From: Haliotis cracherodii | Taxonomy: Eukaryota | Length of the DNA: 64,000 nucleotides | Assembly (NCBI RefSeq): GCF_022045235.1 | Contig: NW_027266265.1 | Span: 51,708,001-51,772,000 of the forward strand | Direction of reading: 5' to 3' | In this document: positions 60,854 to 64,000 of the stretch, piece by piece | Numbering within the stretch: the stretch's first letter is position 1 | Layout of the letters: every line of letters starts with the position of its first letter | The notes under the pieces: generated by a model | The model's database searches: none | What the model saw: the letters and a program-made list of their open reading frames with translations, nothing else | What the model was told of the DNA's origin: nothing | Program-made: the position numbers and the translations under genes

Positions 60854-63800
60854 TTACTATTACTGCAACCTCTCTCACAGAATTTGCTACTGCTTTTTAC
60901 ATATTTTTTCACTTTGATGTTCATTCTATCAACCACTGGTTTATCTTGTCAGGCGTTGAAGAACACTCGAGTTATTGCAACTGAGTTTAAAGGTAATATT
61001 TTATGGCCTCATTTGCTCTCCTATCAATTCACCACTTACGTGGGCAGATTTGTGCATCCTCAGCGTTGCAAGCCTTTTCAAACGTATTTCCTGTTGCAGA
61101 CCCAGTGCATGGCTGTCCATTGATTGGCACAGGGTTCGTACACGTGCGCGTTCTGGTGACATTTTGTCGTCCTCCCCCGCAAGGCGTGGTGCACTCGGTT
61201 TCAGGGACATCGACCCACGGAGACCACCCACCATCCTGAATAACTGAAGAAGTGAGATGGCATGTAGAAACCCTCTTTTCACCGTAGACTTGTTCGAACC
61301 ACCTTTATGTTAACATCACATATGTAGTCCAATGACACAAACAAGAAAAGTTATAATTTGGTATTATTTAAATACACACGAAGTGGTCAGGATTCTGCAC
61401 CATCCTTGTCTGATTGATTGCCTAAACCACCGCCCCCATCCCCCATCCCCCATCCCCTATCCCAACCCACTGAAGTTAAGAATCTCAAAATGAGACGACC
61501 CCACCCCTTTAACAAATTCTGATTCCGCCTCTTAATTAAAACATGGGACTCAAGCTATGCTCAACCGATTTTCAAACAAACAATATGTATGAAGCCCATT
61601 TCTGGAGTTCCCCGCCGTGATATTGCTGGTATATTGCTAAAAGCGGCGTACAACCGTAATCACTCACTGAAACAAACTGTAAATATAAATTGTCAATGCT
61701 AGATTTTCTGCCGAAACAGATTCCCCTTGGCGTAAAGAGTAAATAGTTGTTGAAATTATATGAATGGATCACTGAAAATCAGTGATGACACCAGGTGTTC
61801 GCGAAACGGGTAAGCATGTCTGCCTTACCGTTGCACCCGCCATTCATACTACTTGCAGAAAAAGTAAGTATTTATTGTCTGGCGCAGCACAGCAGTACAG
61901 CCGTGTATTCGGGAACATTGCTTATATACTTTCAACCCGTGAAGATTCGGGGTAGAATAGGTCTTCAGCAACCCATGCTTGCCGCAAAAGGTGACTATGC
62001 TTATCGTAAAAGGCGACTAACGGGATCGGGTGGTCAGTTCGCTGACTTGGTTGATGCATGTCATCGATCCCAATTGCGTGGATCGATGCTCATGATGTCA
62101 ATCACTGGATTGTCTGTTCCAGACTCGATTATTTACAGACCGCCGTCATATAGCTGGAATATTGTTGAGTGCGGCGTTAAACAACAAACCAACCAATTAT
62201 ATACTTTCGCGAACACCCAGTGTCATCACGGATTTCCAATGATGCAATCATATAATTTTGATCGCTATTTTATTACGTACAATGGAATCTGTTTCGCCAG
62301 ATAACAGAGACTAGTTATTCTCTGGTGTGGACATTTTGAATTTACTACCGAAGGAAGCTATTTTCAATAATCCCTTCGTTATCAGGATGAGAAGAACAAA
62401 ATGTTTTTGATTTTCATATTATTCAAACTTCTGTACTTCCGGAGGCTTATGTCCATCACTTGCAAGTGTTGAAATGACTAGATATAGATAAAACAGATCA
62501 GAATAGTTGACAGTGCACATCCCCTTATTTCAACATTCAACCGTCAACCGGAAATGTCCCATAACTTTTTTCTTTCTTTCCTTTCAGTATTTTTCTATTC
62601 AACCGATCGACAATACCTACCACACATAAATCATGCTATTTCGAACAAGGACTCTATATTATTGCACATAAAATCCGTAAACTAAATAACCTAAAATAAC
62701 CGAGGAAAAGAAAAACGTAACTGAGGATATTTGATGCTAACCTGTACAGTCATCAGTGTTACAATTCAAGGGTACATTCCGTTCATTGTTTCCGCTACAG
62801 GGAAGGCCTCCATTGGCCTGGGCGGGACTGTCACACAAACGACGGTCTGTCCTGGTTTGGGTACCGCCCCCACACGACACCGTGCACGCGGTGGTGGATA
62901 CCGCAGTCCACGCGCCCCACATCCCATCAACTGTCAGAACAGTGAAAATAAAACATCGGAAATAAGTTTTGTTATGATTGTGTTGTAATGTAATGATGTA
63001 TTGAGATAACACTCTCAGCCCCAATAACACACCCTCCGAATAACTAACATCTTATTAACCATACCCCGGCCAATAACACCAGGCCCACAACATCGACCCT
63101 AATCCCACCAATACCAACTCCAACCCAACATCAACCCCAACCAACAACCCCAAGCTCTCAACATCGACCTTAACCTCAGATCAACCCCTCGACCAACATC
63201 AGTCCCAACCAACAACACCATACACTCAACATCGATACATCGATACTTTCCCAAGATCACACCCCACAAACAAACAAACAAACATCAGCCCCCATCAACA
63301 ACCCCAACCACTCAACATCGACCCTAACCTCAGATCAACCCCCACACACCATTAGCCCTCACCAACAACCCCAACCACTCAACATCGACCCTAACCTCAT
63401 ATCAACTCCCCACACACCATTAGCCCTCACCAACAACCCCAACCACTCAAAATCGACCCTAACCTCAGCTCAACTCCCCACACAACATTTGGGCCAACAT
63501 ACAACATGAACCCCATCTTACAATATAAACCCAAACACCATTTTTTTCACAATCCTCCCATAGCACCGACCCCTCACACAAGATCAAGTCTTACCCCAGT
63601 CTAAAACATTAGCCCCTATCCTCCAAACATCACCCCTTCCCGAGAACATCAATACTATTTTACCAAGCCCCATTTCACCCCAACAACCTTACACAATAAT
63701 CAACTCAGGCCCACTCAACAATATCAACTCATAATCAACCAAACAATATAAACCCGAACCACATTGTTAAGTCCCACGACAATTCTCCTCGTATCTGCAA

Positions 63801-64000
63801 TCTTACCCCAACCCCACAACACAACGACAGCCACACCAATAGCGTCGCTGTCAACCCCCACGTACTTGGACATAACTGTTCGTTGCATGTCCTGATGACG
63901 TCACTTGTCGCCGAACCGACACAATCCTGACCCCCAGGTGAAGGGGCCGGGCTGTCACATGCTCGTGTCCTCCGGTACGTCCTCTGCCCCCCTCCGCACG
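56726..64000 (-). CDS. Trypsin-like S1 serine protease with at least 3 N-terminal thrombospondin type-1 repeats; the 5' end lies beyond the window
   Basis: Exons >64000-63866, 62930-62742 and 61243-61040 (TSP1: WxxW...C..xCGGG...R.C), 60722-60566 (R^IVGG...CGGSLI...LTAAHC), 60174-60020, 58716-58579 (FDAAVLKL...CTVIGWG), 57669-57515 (EDACQ), 56881-56726 (GDSGGPLVC...TAG). The H-D-S triad and the S1 Asp are intact. Confidence 0.92.
57357..57416. repeat. (GAGT)n/(GCGT)n compound microsatellite
   Basis: Read directly from the sequence. Confidence 0.95.
57826..57915 (-). mobile_element. Penelope-like terminal fragment
   Basis: The minus strand reads CTTGATAACGGAGTCAGAACCTACACCGAAACGTCG...TAATAAAGAAGTTG..ATCCATA, similar to the 8401-8600 element. 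Confidence 0.55.
58853..58958. mobile_element. Short palindromic MITE
   Basis: CCGCTTGCACAAAGG..TAGCGCTACGAC is the inverse of GTCGTAGCGCTA..CCTTGTGCAAGTGG. Confidence 0.55.
59495..59661 (-). mobile_element. SINE family A copy
   Basis: Full length, TSD ACGACTATAAT. Confidence 0.9.
60810..60863. repeat. (TAC)n microsatellite, intronic
   Basis: Read directly from the sequence. Confidence 0.95.
61705..62303. mobile_element. MITE with ~100-bp imperfect TIRs, interrupted by a SINE B copy
   Basis: CGAAACAGATTCC...GTGATGACACCAGGTGTTCGCGAAA (61707-61807) is the inverse of TTTCGCGAACACCCAGTGTCATCAC...GGAATCTGTTTCG (62205-62296). Confidence 0.65.
61936..62196 (+). mobile_element. SINE-like family B (~260 bp, structured non-tRNA head, (AAAC)n tail), representative copy
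   Basis: CCCGTGAAGATTCGGGGTAGAATAGGTCTTCAGCAACCC...GGCGTTAAACAACAAAC, with TSD TTATATACTTTC. Further copies at about 10911-11066, 12089-12313(-), 29184-29320, 30547-30610, 31705-31923(-), 33351-33620, 50635-50880(-), 52807-53007 and 56961-57228(-), plus those listed separately. Confidence 0.88.
63020..63500. repeat. C/A-rich degenerate tandem repeat (~70-bp unit)
   Basis: CAACAACCCCAACCACTCAACATCGACCCTAACCTCA recurs several times. Confidence 0.85.

Noticed and set aside
60665-61123. 152-aa ORF with poly-Leu, and the overlapping poly-Thr ORF
   Set aside because: Both arise from the intronic (TAC)n microsatellite, antisense to protease exons.
61795-62304. 169-aa ORF
   Set aside because: It spans a SINE B copy inside a MITE, and the frame is not kept in other copies.

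Overview
Intron-rich, AT-rich animal genomic DNA. The SINE families and their (ACTC)n/(AAAC)n tails suggest a mollusc, probably an abalone-like gastropod (inference). Seven protein-coding genes were assembled by hand from phase-consistent GT-AG exons: OPLAH (5' part, minus) head-to-head with EXOSC4 (plus); a STELLO/DUF288-like glycosyltransferase (minus); a CUB + 3xLDLa single-pass receptor (minus); a DUF1295 membrane protein (minus) head-to-head with a coding-intronless KDM8/JMJD5 (plus); and the 3' part of a multi-TSP1 trypsin-like protease (minus). The non-coding DNA holds four SINE-like families sharing a 3' tail, several MITE families, a decayed DD82E (Sailor-type) Tc1/mariner transposon, a 782-bp mini-Polinton/Maverick, Penelope-like fragments with hammerhead-like cores, a Helentron-like element and several satellites. 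The most notable observations are a covariation-supported pseudoknotted RNA head on one SINE-like family, a 27-bp palindromic element inserted twice with its own 7-bp TSDs, OPLAH-EXOSC4 head-to-head microsynteny matching human 8q24.3, and repeats that duplicate splice sites. No database searches were run, and repeat-copy boundaries are approximate unless a TSD is quoted.
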